From Octopus bimaculoides (lineage: Eukaryota): a DNA stretch of 64,000 nt. The notes beneath the pieces were generated by a model. It was not told the DNA's origin. It was given only the letters and a program-made list of their open reading frames with translations, and ran no database searches. Both the position numbers and the translations under genes were made by a program. Shown in pieces: positions 38,774-51,631 of this stretch. Every line of letters begins with the position of its first letter. Within the stretch, counting starts at the first letter, position 1. The DNA is taken from NCBI RefSeq assembly GCF_001194135.2, contig NC_068992.1:65318019-65382018 (forward strand), in the 5' to 3' direction.

Positions 38774-39351
38774 TTACGGCAACGTATGCTCCAAGCTGAT
38801 GTCTTTGGTCATTGGGTTAACTACAAGTAAGATAATCGTAGACGATACTGTGATCCCCAGAAAAACTCCGAAGAAAAATCGATCCATGACTTTGGCAATT
38901 TCCTGCCACTCTTGAATGAATTTTCTTTCTACCATACATCGGTCGTTCATTGCGATGATGTACCGAAGATAGCGCATCATTTCGTCATCAAAGGAGTTCT
39001 CTGGAGTCAGTATCGAATGTGTTTGTGCACTAACACCACTTGAGCTTGAGCAATCTGTTATCTTCTCATGGCCGAGACCGTTACAGCGCACTCCACAATG
39101 ACTGTGACGATCTGAGCCATACGATTCTCTGGAAAGTTTTTCCATTTTGTTATGAAGCGAAGAATGGCAATAACGATTTGGGATAGTGTCCGTCCATTCC
39201 ATGCAAAGGGCCCTTGAAAGTAAGTAGGAGAATTTTCGCAGCCAGTACGGCGGTCCGGATTGGAAACTACCACGGTGATGAAGGTTTAGGATGAAAACGG
39301 AAAATACCACGGACAGAGCACTCATAGCCATTATAACGGTCAGGTAAATTC
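38774..39351 (-). CDS. Terminal coding exon of a Cys-loop ligand-gated ion channel, nicotinic acetylcholine receptor-like subunit (TM3 - intracellular loop - TM4)
   Basis: Translation gives GIYLTVIMAMSALSVVFSVFILNLHHRG (TM3 plus the conserved LHHR motif), PPYWLRKFSYLLSRALCM (MX helix), EMMRYLRYI...EWQEIAKVMDRFF (MA helix into TM4), a hydrophobic TM4 FFGVFLGITVSSTIILLVV, and TAA at 38776-38774. The first 20 aa of the listed ORF (38774..39412) are intronic: a pyrimidine tract and AG (tttcgtttctcttttgtAG|GA ATT TAC) place a phase-1 acceptor just before TM3. About 192 codons. Confidence 0.93.
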
Positions 39352-39381
39352 CTACAAAAGAGAAACGAAGAAGGCGATTAA
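39352..39381 (-). promoter_or_regulatory. 3' splice acceptor (polypyrimidine tract + AG) of the receptor's last intron
   Basis: Minus strand reads ttaatcgccttcttcgtttctcttttgtAG; AG at 39353-39352, in the phase that restores the Gly of the GIY motif. Confidence 0.8.
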
Positions 39382-41240
39382 ATGAAAAGAATCTATGGAG
39401 TTTTGAAAGCACAGATTAGGAAATGCATATACAGAAACATATATATATAAACGCACAATAAAATGAGAAAATAATACATTCCACATGCCGGACGTATTTA
39501 TAAAGATTTCACCAGAATTTTCATTCCGCTAATCACCACCATCTATATCATAACATGATTACAATATAAAATTTAATTGACGTAATTGAAGTTAATTTCA
39601 TAGCACGTTTACTCAAAACAATGGATTTGCCCTTTCATTGTAAAAAGTATGTGTAAGTAGGTATATACATACATATATACATACATACATACGTACATAC
39701 ATACATACAAACATACATACATATTAACCAGTACTTTCATAGGATTTTGCTATCCCTGAATGAAGTTTGTAACTTTTAATTCTGGTTCTGTTATAAAATG
39801 CCTATTAGTTATCTAGCATAAGCTTTCGTAATAGTTTCACAATTCTAAAACTATTCATTCGTGATACGTGTGACTAGACAGCGATACGTCTGAAACAAGT
39901 TTTGGAGCCAAAACAGTGTGAAATGACGTACAGCTGTACTTCGATACCAACCAATGAACAAACATCCCCACAGATAATGACAGAGTTCTTCTACCGATTT
40001 CATTTGGCAATGCTTTTAATGGCAGAGACGAATACAATCAAATTACATTCGATTTGCAAATCGAAGTTGTGTGACAAATATTTATATTTGGCAATCGTTC
40101 AAATAATTTTTGCCTAAAAGAGTATGAACCAGTGAAATTAAGTCATTTAATGCAATTTAGAGGCGTCGGGTAGATAACATTGAAGATATTCCGTGTAAAT
40201 ATTACGTAACCAGTAGTTTGCCGATACAAGGAGATGACATTTCGTACAAGAGTCGGGCTATTTAATTTCATTTGGAGAAAACAAACAGAAAGTAGAGTAA
40301 AAACAAATATATAAAATAATCAAAAATATACATGTTTATTTATGTGTGTGTGTGCATGTTTGTATATACATGTACGCGTGTGTTTGCGTTTGTTTATGCA
40401 GCCAATTGGCTGAGGTGAGACAGTGTGAAGTTGCTTTCCAGTAATCCTTCAATCGCTTTTTTTCTCGGTTCAGTTCTGGTGAGGTCAGCTTTGACGTTCA
40501 TCCGTTAAGAATCGATAAATATAACCAACCATTCCTTTAATGTGAATACATTCCCCTTCTCGCCATTTAGTTCTGACTGCCTCGTTGTCTGTTTCCTCCT
40601 CTCTGGAAGAAATCGAATATGGAATGCTGGCAGAATGGAGAGGGATGGGTTTTGTCAGGTCAGAAAGACACCAAAGTATGTCGGTTGTAACGACCTCGTC
40701 CTCATAATTCTACCAAGAAATGGAGCCTAATGAAAGTCAAGACATCACCACTTACATACATACACGCGCGCATACATACACGCGCGCATACATAAAAGTA
40801 AAGTCAGGAGGAATGAATATATTTAGTTAACCACTTGAAATGCTCTGTGTGGGTATGTGTATGCGCATGCGTATCCATCTGTATGTATGTGTTGTATTAT
40901 ATCATAGAATGGAAATGCAAATTCTTAATAAACCACAGTTCCTCTCAATAAGTTCTTGGCTGCAGTCGAGAATTCTACTGATTAGCACTGACTCCATAAA
41001 TAGCATTTCACACTTTACTTGGTAAACGTTATCCCTCAGCGCTGTGTGTTTCTTAATCAACAGCCGCAAGTCACGTACAAATGTAATATTTAGCCAATGT
41101 TTCTATTATCTAAATCACTTTCCAACATATTCTCACATTTATTGATAGTCAACTTCCAAACAATTCAGTATAGATCTCTCTTCAACATCATGATCATGAT
41201 CATCATGATCATGATCATCATCATCATCATCATCATCATC

Positions 41241-41306
<66 letters not shown>

Positions 41307-41467
41307 AATACACTTCACAATTACGGATGATGACGAAGGGCATTGTATTATTTGTATAGTGTACCAATACATTTACAGACTCAGTGCTCGCTGAGTTAGG
41401 ACAGGGAAAATATTTGAGATTTAGGGATCCAACGTTTTAGTGGAGGCAATTAATACTGTAATTAAAA

Positions 41468-41595
41468 GGGTGGCGATCTGGCAGAATTATTCGCGCGCCG
41501 GGCGAAAGGCTTAGCAGTATTTCGTCTGCCGCTACGTTCTGAGTTCAAATTCCGCCGAGGTCGAGTTTGCTTTTCCTCCTTTTGGGGTCGATTAA
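41468..41595 (+). mobile_element. SINE family B, 5' part
   Basis: ggtggcgatctggcagaatt...gccgggcgaaaggcttagcagtatttcg...gttctgagttcaaattccgccgaggtcgag...ggggtcgattaa. Confidence 0.85.
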
Positions 41596-41732
41596 ACACA
41601 CGCACACACACACACACACACACNNNNNNNNNNNNNNNNNNNNNNNNNNNNNNNNNNNNNNNNNNNNNNNNNNNNNNNNNNNNNNNNNNNNNNNNNNATA
41701 TATATATATATATATATACACATACATATATA

Positions 41733-41890
41733 TGATGGGCTTCTTTCAGTTTCCGTCTACCAAATCCACTCACAAGGCTTTGGTCGGCTCGAGGCTACAG
41801 TAGAAGATATGTGCCCAAGGTGCCACGCGGTGAGACTGAACCCGGAACTATGTGGTTGGGAAGCTAGCTTGTTACCACACAGCAACCACC
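41733..41890 (-). mobile_element. SINE family A head
   Basis: Reverse complement of gtgtggtaacaagctagcttcccaaccacatagttccgggttcagtctc...ccgaccaaagccttgtgagtggatttggtagacggaaactgaaagaagccc. Confidence 0.85.
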
Positions 41891-43051
41891 ACCAAGTCAT
41901 GTTCTCTTATGTCATTACTGTCTCAATCTACGAAACTTCAGCATCGTATTTGAATCTGAGAGCAGCAGATATGGATGCATGTGTAACTAGATGTGTGTAG
42001 CATATCTGAATATTATCCGTTTAATGAAGAATGAAAAGAAACTTAGTAAGAAACGTGCCATTAGGCAAATTCCAGATTCCAAAGAATCCTGTTGTATGAC
42101 TGCCTGTCATATATTTAGATGACTGCCATTAGTTTTAGATATTCAAGTAAAGGAACCTCTTTAAATACTCTAACTTTGCGTTCGGTTTAGAATAAAAAAA
42201 AAAGGAAAAAAGTACGCATTTGAATTGGTTATAGTAATAACTACTTTGAGAGAAGCACATTAATATATAAATACATTTTTGGGGTACCTCCCCATGATTT
42301 CTATAAGTTCTTTGTACCTACCTGTCACTATAGGTATACGATATACATACACAAACGCAAAACATACACAGACACATTCACATACGTATGCAGTCGAAAA
42401 AAAGCATACACAAATATGTAAATAGTAGGATCTTTAGCGAGTTCTATTGAAAAGGTAACCAAACTAGTCGTGTATGAGTTAGCGTTTCTATGCGTATATA
42501 TATATATATATATATATATATATNNNNNNNNNNNNNNNNNATATATATGTATATATATATATGTATATATATATATATAGACACCCACTCAAACACATAT
42601 ATATGTGTGCGTGTGTGTGTGAGAGAGAAGGAGAGAGCGTGCGTGTATGTGTGCATGTGTATATATATCTCTATGCATGAGCATGTGTGTATAATTGTGC
42701 ATATATGTATATATGTATGGATGCGTTTGTTGTGTTTGTGTGTGTGTATCAAATGCGACAGGAAATGAAGCGTTAAACACATACATATATAAATAGCTGG
42801 AGAACGAGAGAGAGAGAAAGTGAAAAAGAAAGATGGCTATTCTCTGATGCAAAGCTCTTTTCTCCATCATCGTGTATTAAACATATATTCCAGATGAAAA
42901 TGTGAATGTTCATATGTAAAGTTAAATATTCTATATTAATGTTTTTGTTTTTTTCTGTTCGCCATATTCTATACGTATACATGTCAATATGTTTCTATCA
43001 CATCCGGTACAGATCATCGAAAATTATGCAACAGTACTTTGGAGTAGAGAG

Positions 43052-43274
43052 TATTTGCCAACATAACATGGCAGTCCTGGTTTAGGACGAATGTTGCTGT
43101 AGTTTAGCCCCAAGAGACATCGTCTCCAACTGGCTATACGACACGTTCTGTGTCCTTATATTTTCGAACACGGGAATCTTGCTGCCGTATAGCCAGCTGG
43201 AGACGATGACTCCTTGGGCTAAATTACAGCAACATTCTTCCTAAACCGGGACTGCCATGTTATGTTGGCAAATA
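43052..43274. mobile_element. Hairpin MITE-like element, 92-bp inverted arms, TA-flanked
   Basis: Left arm 43052-43143 and the reverse complement of right arm 43183-43274 differ at 8 of 92 positions; 39-nt loop. Ends TA|tttgccaac...gttggcaaa|TA, consistent with a Tc1/mariner-type TA target duplication. Confidence 0.85.
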
Positions 43275-44182
43275 TAACAAATATTGTGTTGAGCTCTTTC
43301 AAAGTAAAACCATTCTAGTTTGAATAGACTTTTCCTCAGGTGAAAAGTAAGGCAAACATTTGAATGTTACTGAATGTGTCTGACTTGGATTACAAAGTTA
43401 TTCATTATCGTTTCATTATTTCATTAGACTTTTACCGTATAGCTGTATTCCATACATATATTAGAAAAACACATTTATATCTATTTGTCTACTCACATAT
43501 TTATGTACACACATATTTACACACACACAGCTACATGTCTATGTATATATATATGTACATATGTATACATAGAGACTTACATATATATATATATATATAA
43601 CTCGCCGTAAATATATTGAAGACAATAGGAATACGTATTTGCCGATCCATAATAAATAACGAAATACACATTGTGTAGAGAGATTGTATTAACATTTAGA
43701 TAATAATATAAAAAAAAGAAATTTAAAGATGCTGAATAAATGTATTGGAGATATAGCATTAACATTCAAAAAGTACAAAATTTAATTTCAAACATACTGC
43801 TATATAATCGAATTGAATAAATTGGGTTAAATAAAAACGAAACTGTAATAAAATCATGCAGAATCCTTTTTTTATATTTTCGGAGATAACATTTGAACGG
43901 GTTTTAAAATCGTATTACTTAATTTTTGAAAGTTTTTTTTCGAATATATTTTCTATTTCTTCCAACAGTATTCAAGAAAGATATTGTAATTCTGATTTTA
44001 TAACTATTATATTTATACCATATGTCTTTTCTACGAATCAAAAAGTGTATTATTAAAAAGTATAGTGTTATCCCACTGCTTACGGGTCATTTATATATAT
44101 TACTATTGCATCTACGCAAAAAAGATTGAACTGTTGGTGAAGGAGAATTCCTAACATCGGGTTACAACCGTTATTATTGTCG

Positions 44183-44274
<92 letters not shown>

Positions 44275-44344
44275 CTTATAATTATAATTATTATTATTAT
44301 CATCAAATCCAGTGAGATGGCAGAATCGTTAGCACACCGTGAAA

Positions 44345-44660
44345 GATATAGCCTACTTGAAGAATTCCCAGAAGATGAATCCTCTAATTCTGCTGTAGAC
44401 AGAATTCAGGAACAAAATGACAGCGATTTTGTACACGACCAGAGCACAATGACCTCAATGGGGAGACAAATCTTTCGAGGAAATCATCAGAATTGTTGGA
44501 GTCTAGGTTTGCAAGAAAAGAAGCTACTACGGCCAGAAACCAAAATCACGAAATATCGCAATAAAGCAACTGATTTGTTGCTCTTCTTAGAGGAAAATGT
44601 TTTCATTCAATGCAACGATGCCGATGGCTTGCTGATGAATGTGGATATATCGAAATATGT
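44345..44660 (+). mobile_element. Chapaev (CMC superfamily)-like transposase fragment
   Basis: Across a frameshift: NDLNGETNLSRKSSELLESR / LQEKKLLRPETKITKYRNKATDLLLFLEENVFIQCNDADGLL. This matches, from memory, the motif string LNDLVRDLxLSKxxAELLxSRLxEKNLLxPGTKITxYRxR...YCxDxxGLL of Chapaev3-type transposases; not confirmed by search. Confidence 0.7.
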
Positions 44661-44691
44661 GGCGTGCTAACGGTTCTGCCATCTCGCTGCC

Positions 44692-44760
<69 letters not shown>

Positions 44761-44789
44761 GATGCCTTCGGCCGGAGACTTCTGATAAA

Positions 44790-44903
44790 GCCTCAAGGAG
44801 ATCAAAGGTTTGTGAGTGGATTTGATAGATGGAAACTGAAAGCCGGCCTTCGTAGATATACATGTGTGTGTGTGTTTGTGTTTCAGTGTGCATGTGTGGA
44901 TAC

Positions 44904-44942
<39 letters not shown>

Positions 44943-44943
44943 T

Positions 44944-45024
<81 letters not shown>

Positions 45025-45220
45025 TCTGTTTTTCGCCTTCCACCACCACTTGACAACCGATGAGGTAGTTTACATCCCCGTAACTTAGCTGTTCGGCAAA
45101 ATTGATTGATACGATAAGTACTAGGCTTACAAAGAATAAGTCTTCAGGTCGATTTGCTCGACTAAAGCCGCTGCTCCATCATGGCCGCAGCAAAATGACG
45201 GAAACAAATAGAAAAAGAAG
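44790..45220 (+). mobile_element. SINE family A lacking most of the head, with about 160-bp internal (TG)n
   Basis: tttgtgagtggatttgatagatggaaactgaaag - (TG)n 44862-45020 - ccaccacttgacaaccgatg...agtactaggcttacaaagaataagtc...atggccgcagcaaaatgacggaaac. Confidence 0.85.
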
Positions 45221-45949
45221 ATATACACCATGAACTTCGCTTCAACGCTTTGTTCTTCCATTATTCCTGCTTTTTTTTTTTTCGATTTATTCTTCTTCTG
45301 ATTTAATTATTTTTCTTACGTCATCTTCTGCCGCTGCTGCTGGCATTCCTTTTCCTGCAGCCATTATTGCGGCATCACTTATTTCAAAATATCATGACAA
45401 ATACACCTTCCAGCAACGCACAATACAACGTGCATGTTCTTCCGTTGCTTGCGGGCAAACACGCGCTAATCTTCGTTTCCAATTGCTGGCGTTTTCTCGC
45501 CTCTTTTGTTCTGCGTTTCTCATTAAGGAGTTTGTCACTTCTTAAAACCTCAATTTCTTTATATTCTTTTTTAAATAAATCACAGATGCATTTTTCACTT
45601 CCTCTGAGAAGGAAACCTAACTGAATCTCAATGGAAGCCTGGCGGGAAATTAATTGACATTGTTTACAGTAAAGTGACAGAGGCAAACCGAAACACGACT
45701 AATAATATTTGAAGGGGGGGGGTGTAATGACGATGATGATGATGGTCATCATCATCATCATCATCATTAGAAAATCGGAAAAAATGCTTTGTGCTATTTG
45801 TTTTAGTTTTTACGTCCCGAGTTCAATTCCTGACGAGTCGGTCCTTACATCCAAGTTCGATAAAATAAAATAACACTGAAGAAGTCAGGTCAATGTAATT
45901 CACTGATCCTGTCCTTCAAAATTGTTTGTCATTTGCCAGAATTGGTATT

Positions 45950-46125
45950 ATTATTATTGTTGTTGTTGTTGTTGTTGTTCTTCTTCTTCTTCTTCTTCTT
46001 CTTCTTCTTCTTCTTCTTCTTCTTCTTCTCCTCCTCCTCCTCCTCCTCCTCATCCTCCTCCTTCTTCTTCTTCTTCTTCTTCTTTTTCTTCTTCTTCTAC
46101 GTTATTATTATTATTATTATTATTG
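45950..46125. repeat. Compound trinucleotide array TAT-TGT-TCT-CCT-TCT-TAT
   Basis: Directly visible; accounts for the poly-Cys/Ser/Pro/Leu ORFs at 45922-46680. Confidence 0.95.
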
Positions 46126-46127
46126 TT

Positions 46128-46229
46128 CAGTAGTTTTATTTTTATAACGTGCTTTCACTTCACTACCGAGCGCAGCTCTGTGTGCCTTGGGTATGTGCTG
46201 TGGTTTGCTGTGATGCTCTTATGGTTACT

Positions 46230-46234
<5 letters not shown>
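46128..46234 (-). mobile_element. R4/Dong-like non-LTR retrotransposon, 3' UTR-only copy in a (TAA)n array
   Basis: Near-identical reverse complement of 51525-51631; flanked by (TTA)n on both sides. Confidence 0.8.
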
Positions 46235-46286
<52 letters not shown>

Positions 46287-46685
46287 GATGGAAACACAGC
46301 TTATTTTGCTGGGCATGATGGACAGTGTCAATTCCACCGAGGTCGACTTTTCCTTTCATCTTTTCGGCAATGACAAAATAAGTAAAAATACCATTTTATT
46401 AATTACCAGTATCATTAAAAGCAGTAGTAGATTTTTTTTTTGTAGTAATAGTTGTTGTATTAAGAACCTCAGTAGAAGAGACTACATCAAGAACAGCAAC
46501 ATCTTCAACAATAATGCTTACAAATTTTGGTACAAGGCCAGAACCTTTCAGGGGTCGGGTATTTTCCTGACACTTTACCTTATAGATTCTGTAAGGAGCG
46601 AAGACAATGCTGACCCTCGGCGGTATTTCAACATTACGGGAAAAGACAGCAGAGATACGGCTAATGATTCTGCCAGCTAGCCACT

Positions 46686-46725
<40 letters not shown>

Positions 46726-47139
46726 TAGTAACAACAACAAATAGTAAAAATGTAGTGTTTTATGAAAGGCAACTGTGATCATTATATGGATTGATTGCCC
46801 GAAGGATTTAGAGCAGTGTTTACCACTTTTGGATTCTGGTTCCTCTCAATACCGTATCATGATTAGCAATAAGATTAGCTAACAATACTGCAAATGACGA
46901 AATGAGCAGGTATATCAAACATGCTAAAGATTACCTGAAGGGAAAGCAATTTCACAAAAGAGGGAATTGGAGAAAATGGAAATTAATCTTTAGTAGAAGA
47001 CTAATGAGGTGAAGGGTCAATATTTGTGTCATTTTCTCTCACCTCATCTCCGATGACATATCTAAGTCCTGCATTATTTCTCTGCCTATCTATCTATCCA
47101 TCTATCCATCAATCAATGTATCTATCTATCTGGTACGTA

Positions 47140-47270
47140 TTTAATCGACCGCGAAAGGATGAAAAGCAATGTCGACCTCTGCTAGATTTGAACTCAGAAC
47201 GTTCAGGCAGACATAGTACCACTAAGCATTTCGCCGGGCATGCTAACGATATTGCCGGCTCGTCACCTTT
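47140..47270 (-). mobile_element. SINE family B, 5' part
   Basis: Reverse complement: ggtgacgagccggcaatatcgttagcatgcccggcgaaatgcttagtgg...gttctgagttcaaatctagcagaggtcgac. Confidence 0.85.
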
Positions 47271-47276
47271 ATAATG

Positions 47277-47380
<104 letters not shown>

Positions 47381-47544
47381 TATTATTATTATTATTTTTC
47401 TTTTTTTTGTCATCGGCCTAAAATTTAGTGGGGGTGGGGGTCACACTCGATTGGAACGGCTCCGGTGCTTGACAGGTTTTTATTTCATCAATCCGCAAAA
47501 GATGAATGACAAAGTCGACCGCAGTATCAGTCGTAAAGCGATGA

Positions 47545-47750
47545 CATGACAAAATCTCTAGCACGCCGTAGAAAACTCTTAGCGGCATTTCGTCCGTCCT
47601 TACGTTCTGAGCTCAAAATCTGTTGAGGTCGACTTTGCCATTTGTTTTCTCGGGGCCGATAAGATAAGGTACCAGCTGCGATCTAGTGTCGAAGTCTTTC
47701 ACTTAGCACCTCCCCTAAATTTGCTGTCCTTGTGCCAAAGTTTGGAATCA
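47545..47750 (+). mobile_element. SINE family B, near full length, degenerate
   Basis: tagcacgccg...cttagcggcatttcgtccgtccttacgttctgagctcaaa...gaggtcgactttgcc...gtaccag...ccttgtgccaaagtttggaatcatt. Confidence 0.8.
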
Positions 47751-48097
47751 TTCTTATTATGGTGCTATCATCATATTTTAGTCAACCACTCACGCCTTAT
47801 ATTCTTCTTGTTCTTCTTCGTGTCACTAACCTCTTCGCCCAACACGAAAACTACCCGTTTATGATGTCACTTGTCAAATAATCACGCTAGCGCGATTGGT
47901 TATGATTGTTCGTGTCTACGTATATTTTACGTTACTATAACGGTAGAGACTGATTTGATCGTTCCATGATTTAAGCACCGCACAGTCAGCGGCGACATCG
48001 CTGATTTTGTTATCGTGAATAGCACCACCATCATCATCATCAACATCAACACCTTTCCTATTCCGTATATAGTTATAGTTTGATCACATAACACAAT

Positions 48098-48133
<36 letters not shown>

Positions 48134-48207
48134 GATAAATACACACACACATACTCAGCTATAAACACACATATATACACAAATATGTATATTTCTGTAT
48201 ATTTATA

Positions 48208-48238
<31 letters not shown>

Positions 48239-48320
48239 CNNNNNNNNNNNNNNNNNNNNNNNNNNNNNNNNNNNNNNNNNNNNNNNNNNNNNNTATATAT
48301 ATATATATATATATATATAT

Positions 48321-48356
<36 letters not shown>

Positions 48357-48529
48357 ACACACACACACACACACATCTATATAGGTACTCAGATAGAGTA
48401 CCTATATACCTGCATATATTGAAAGATGTTCACTTATATACATGTAACAAACACACACATATATGTACATATATACACACACACATATGTATATGTATGT
48501 ATATATATATACACACATGCTAACATATA

Positions 48530-48563
<34 letters not shown>

Positions 48564-49252
48564 CATACGCACACACACACACACACATATATAGGCACAA
48601 TATCATTTTCCCTTTCCTTTGTTCTGATGTCTCAACTGTTTATTGCGATATCAACGAATTCCTTTTAAGTTTGTTTATTCGAATCGCGTTTATATGTTGT
48701 TTGTGTTAATGTTGAATAAAAATGTGACTGTGTGGGGAGCTTTGTGTGTCTGTGTATGTCTGATTGTGTGTGTGTAGGTGTGTGTATGTACGTGGTTCGA
48801 CAGTGTTTGGATTTCTGTGACCTGTGTCTGTATATGTGTTGTTTTGTATGTTTGTATACGCCCAGAAATATCGTGATACAATATATGTTGCGATTATTTT
48901 AATTTTGCATAAATTATTGTTTATCTTTCACCCTAGCTTCTGATAGGAGTATTTCAAACTCATTTTTTGCCATAAGTATATATCTATGCAAATATGAGCG
49001 TGTATATTTATCCATATANNNNNNNNNNNNNNNNNNNNNNNNNNNNNNNNNNNNNNNNNNATATATATATATATATATATATGTGTCTACGAGAGTGTGT
49101 ATGTATGCATGAATGTATGTATGTATACACGCACACATATACACACATGAATATATGTATGCTACAGCGTTTATATGCGTAATACTCACACGCATTCACA
49201 GACACACAAACACCCACATACACACATACACTCAAGTACAGATACACACACA

Positions 49253-49353
<101 letters not shown>

Positions 49354-51236
49354 GTTACGTCTGAATAGGTACGGCTATCTTCACGACTATCAAACTCCAC
49401 ACAAGCACGGCTCCCCATCCCCTCCGCTGGCATCAATTTCAGTCTAACCATGGATACCACCACCAATCAGCACCACCACCACCGTCACTACCTTCACCAG
49501 CATCACCATCATCCCCACCACCAGCGACACCGCTGCTTCCACCGTTACAACCGTCATCACTACCACCATCACCGCCAGCGCCCTCTTCTACATAGTTCTC
49601 TTTCAATCCCGTGCGATATATACATCCATGAAAATCACTAATTTTAGTAAAAATTATAAATGAGTTTAGCAGATTTGTAATAAATCTAATTAATTAGATA
49701 TGCAAGGTATTAATGTGATGTTGTTCTTATCTTTAACACTGAAGCCATAATACTATATTAGTGTCTAACTTCCGGGTGGTTTCCATTTCTCCGCCAAAGC
49801 AACATCTAACCATTACGAACAGCATCTTTTCTGAACGAGTGTTGAGTAGGTTTAGAACTCTAAGTTTATTTTGCAAAATACTCGGAGACGTGTGCTGCAT
49901 CAAAACATCATAATAAAGTTGGTTTCTACATAATCGATGTAACGAATGCATATATATATANNNNNNNNNNNNNNNNNNNNNNNNNNNNNNNNNNNNNNNN
50001 NNNNNNNNNNNNNNNNNNNNNNNNNNNNNNNNNNNNNNNNNNNNNNNNNNNNNNNNNNNNNNNNNNNNNNNNNNNNNNNNNNNNNNNNNNNNNNNNNNNN
50101 NNNNNNNNNNNNNNNNNNNNNNNNNNNNNNNNNNNNNNNNNNNNNNNNNNNNNNNNNNNNNNNNTATGTATTTATGTATAGTATGTATGGATGTGCATGT
50201 ATATATATGTATGCATATATATGCATGTATGTATGAATGTATATCGAGTCATACACTTAAATGTTTATGTGTGTGTGTGTGCATTCATTCGTAAGTGCTA
50301 AGAAACAGGTTCTGTAAACCATTGTATGTGCACGACTTCACAATATGTATCAGTTACTATGTCAACGTATATATAGTAGACAGTCGATTCCTATTCATAT
50401 AAAGGCCTGATGATATCTCATTATGACAGAGAGTGCACACGAAGAAGTGTAGCCTACTCGACAATATAAACACCTGAGATAATACCTGAGAATCAAGCAC
50501 AACTAATTGGTTACTTGAAACGAAAACCAAACGTAACTTAATGCTCGTTTACACCAATTCCTGCCCCAAATAATTTTTTAGCCCTTTTTTGCCTTAACAA
50601 ACCATTTTGTAGAAGCATTTCGTTTAATGGTTCTCAATTATTATTTTTTGCCAATGGACTCCTTTGATTTTTACTTTACTTGGGCTGAACCTCATAGCCA
50701 TAAAAAAAAAATTCAGCATGGCCACAGTCTGAGGGCTGAAACATATAAAGGAATAAAAGAATATAAAAGAATATTCTTTATAATTGAATAATATTAGGAA
50801 TTCTATTTAAAAAATTATGAAAAGATTTCGTGTATTGTAGAATTGCAAGCAATTTATATATTTTAACAATATAACCGTATACTGATCTCCAACAATCATA
50901 TGGACCCCCAGTTGAGGACCAATGAGTTAAGGGCTCTCCAGCTCCGAAAACAAAACAACAGTCCATTATTACTATGGCGCTTTAGCCACAGTTTCTTTCA
51001 AAGGTTAAATTACCTGAATCCACAAATCCAAGATGGTCCATAACCAAAAAGAATCTTCGTATAATCATCTTGCTGATGTTTCTATATCTGTTCTTTTTTA
51101 AAGTTGAGTAGAATATCGTCAGAAATTCCCAAACCCTCAAAGATAAGCATTTTCCCATTTTCCACATATGCAGAAAAATTATACAGTGGAAGTTGTCTAA
51201 AAGTGCACGTTCATGTACGTATGTACGTGTAATTCT

Positions 51237-51286
<50 letters not shown>

Positions 51287-51359
51287 TGCGTGTATGTGCT
51301 TGAATATATATATTAGTGTATTCCTGAACGCAGACGAGTAGGCTTATGTGCATACCTAA

Positions 51360-51417
<58 letters not shown>

Positions 51418-51420
<3 letters not shown>

Positions 51421-51631
51421 TATTCAGACAAATACATAACAAAAACACCAGGACTTACAAATATATATAACATACAGAAAATTGCACTACTGGGTACTGC
51501 ACACATTCTACGCAAAACACTTTCAATACAGTAACCATAAGAGCACCACAGCAAACCACAGCACATACCCAAGGCGCACAGAGCTGCGCTCGGTAGTGAA
51601 GTGAAAGCACGTTATAAAAATAAAACTACTG
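51418..51631 (+). mobile_element. R4/Dong-like (RLE-type) non-LTR retrotransposon, 5'-truncated 3' end in a (TAA)n array
   Basis: KYSDKYITKTPGLTNIYNIQKIALLGTAHILRKTLSIQ* (stop 51532-51534) matches the C-terminal QKxxLLGTAxILR motif of R4/Dong-clade ORFs; about 100-nt 3' UTR; (ATA)n on both sides. Confidence 0.8.

Noticed and set aside
39855-40037. LPNEIGRRTLSLSVG as a possible TM1-TM2 exon; likewise DDGEKSF at about 42870 and NGEK at about 40560
   Set aside because: No hydrophobic TM1/TM2 helices, no VPL motif and no suitable splice sites; chance resemblance.
45384-45686. 100-aa charged ORF on the minus strand, with a nearby GAC|gtaag donor at about 45320
   Set aside because: No family motif and no signal peptide, so it cannot be linked to the receptor.
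49450-49660. GC-rich island giving a His-rich ORF or a Thr-rich stalk plus hydrophobic tail
   Set aside because: Degenerate (CAC/CAT)n repeat; the Thr-rich frame has an upstream stop and no usable start or acceptor.
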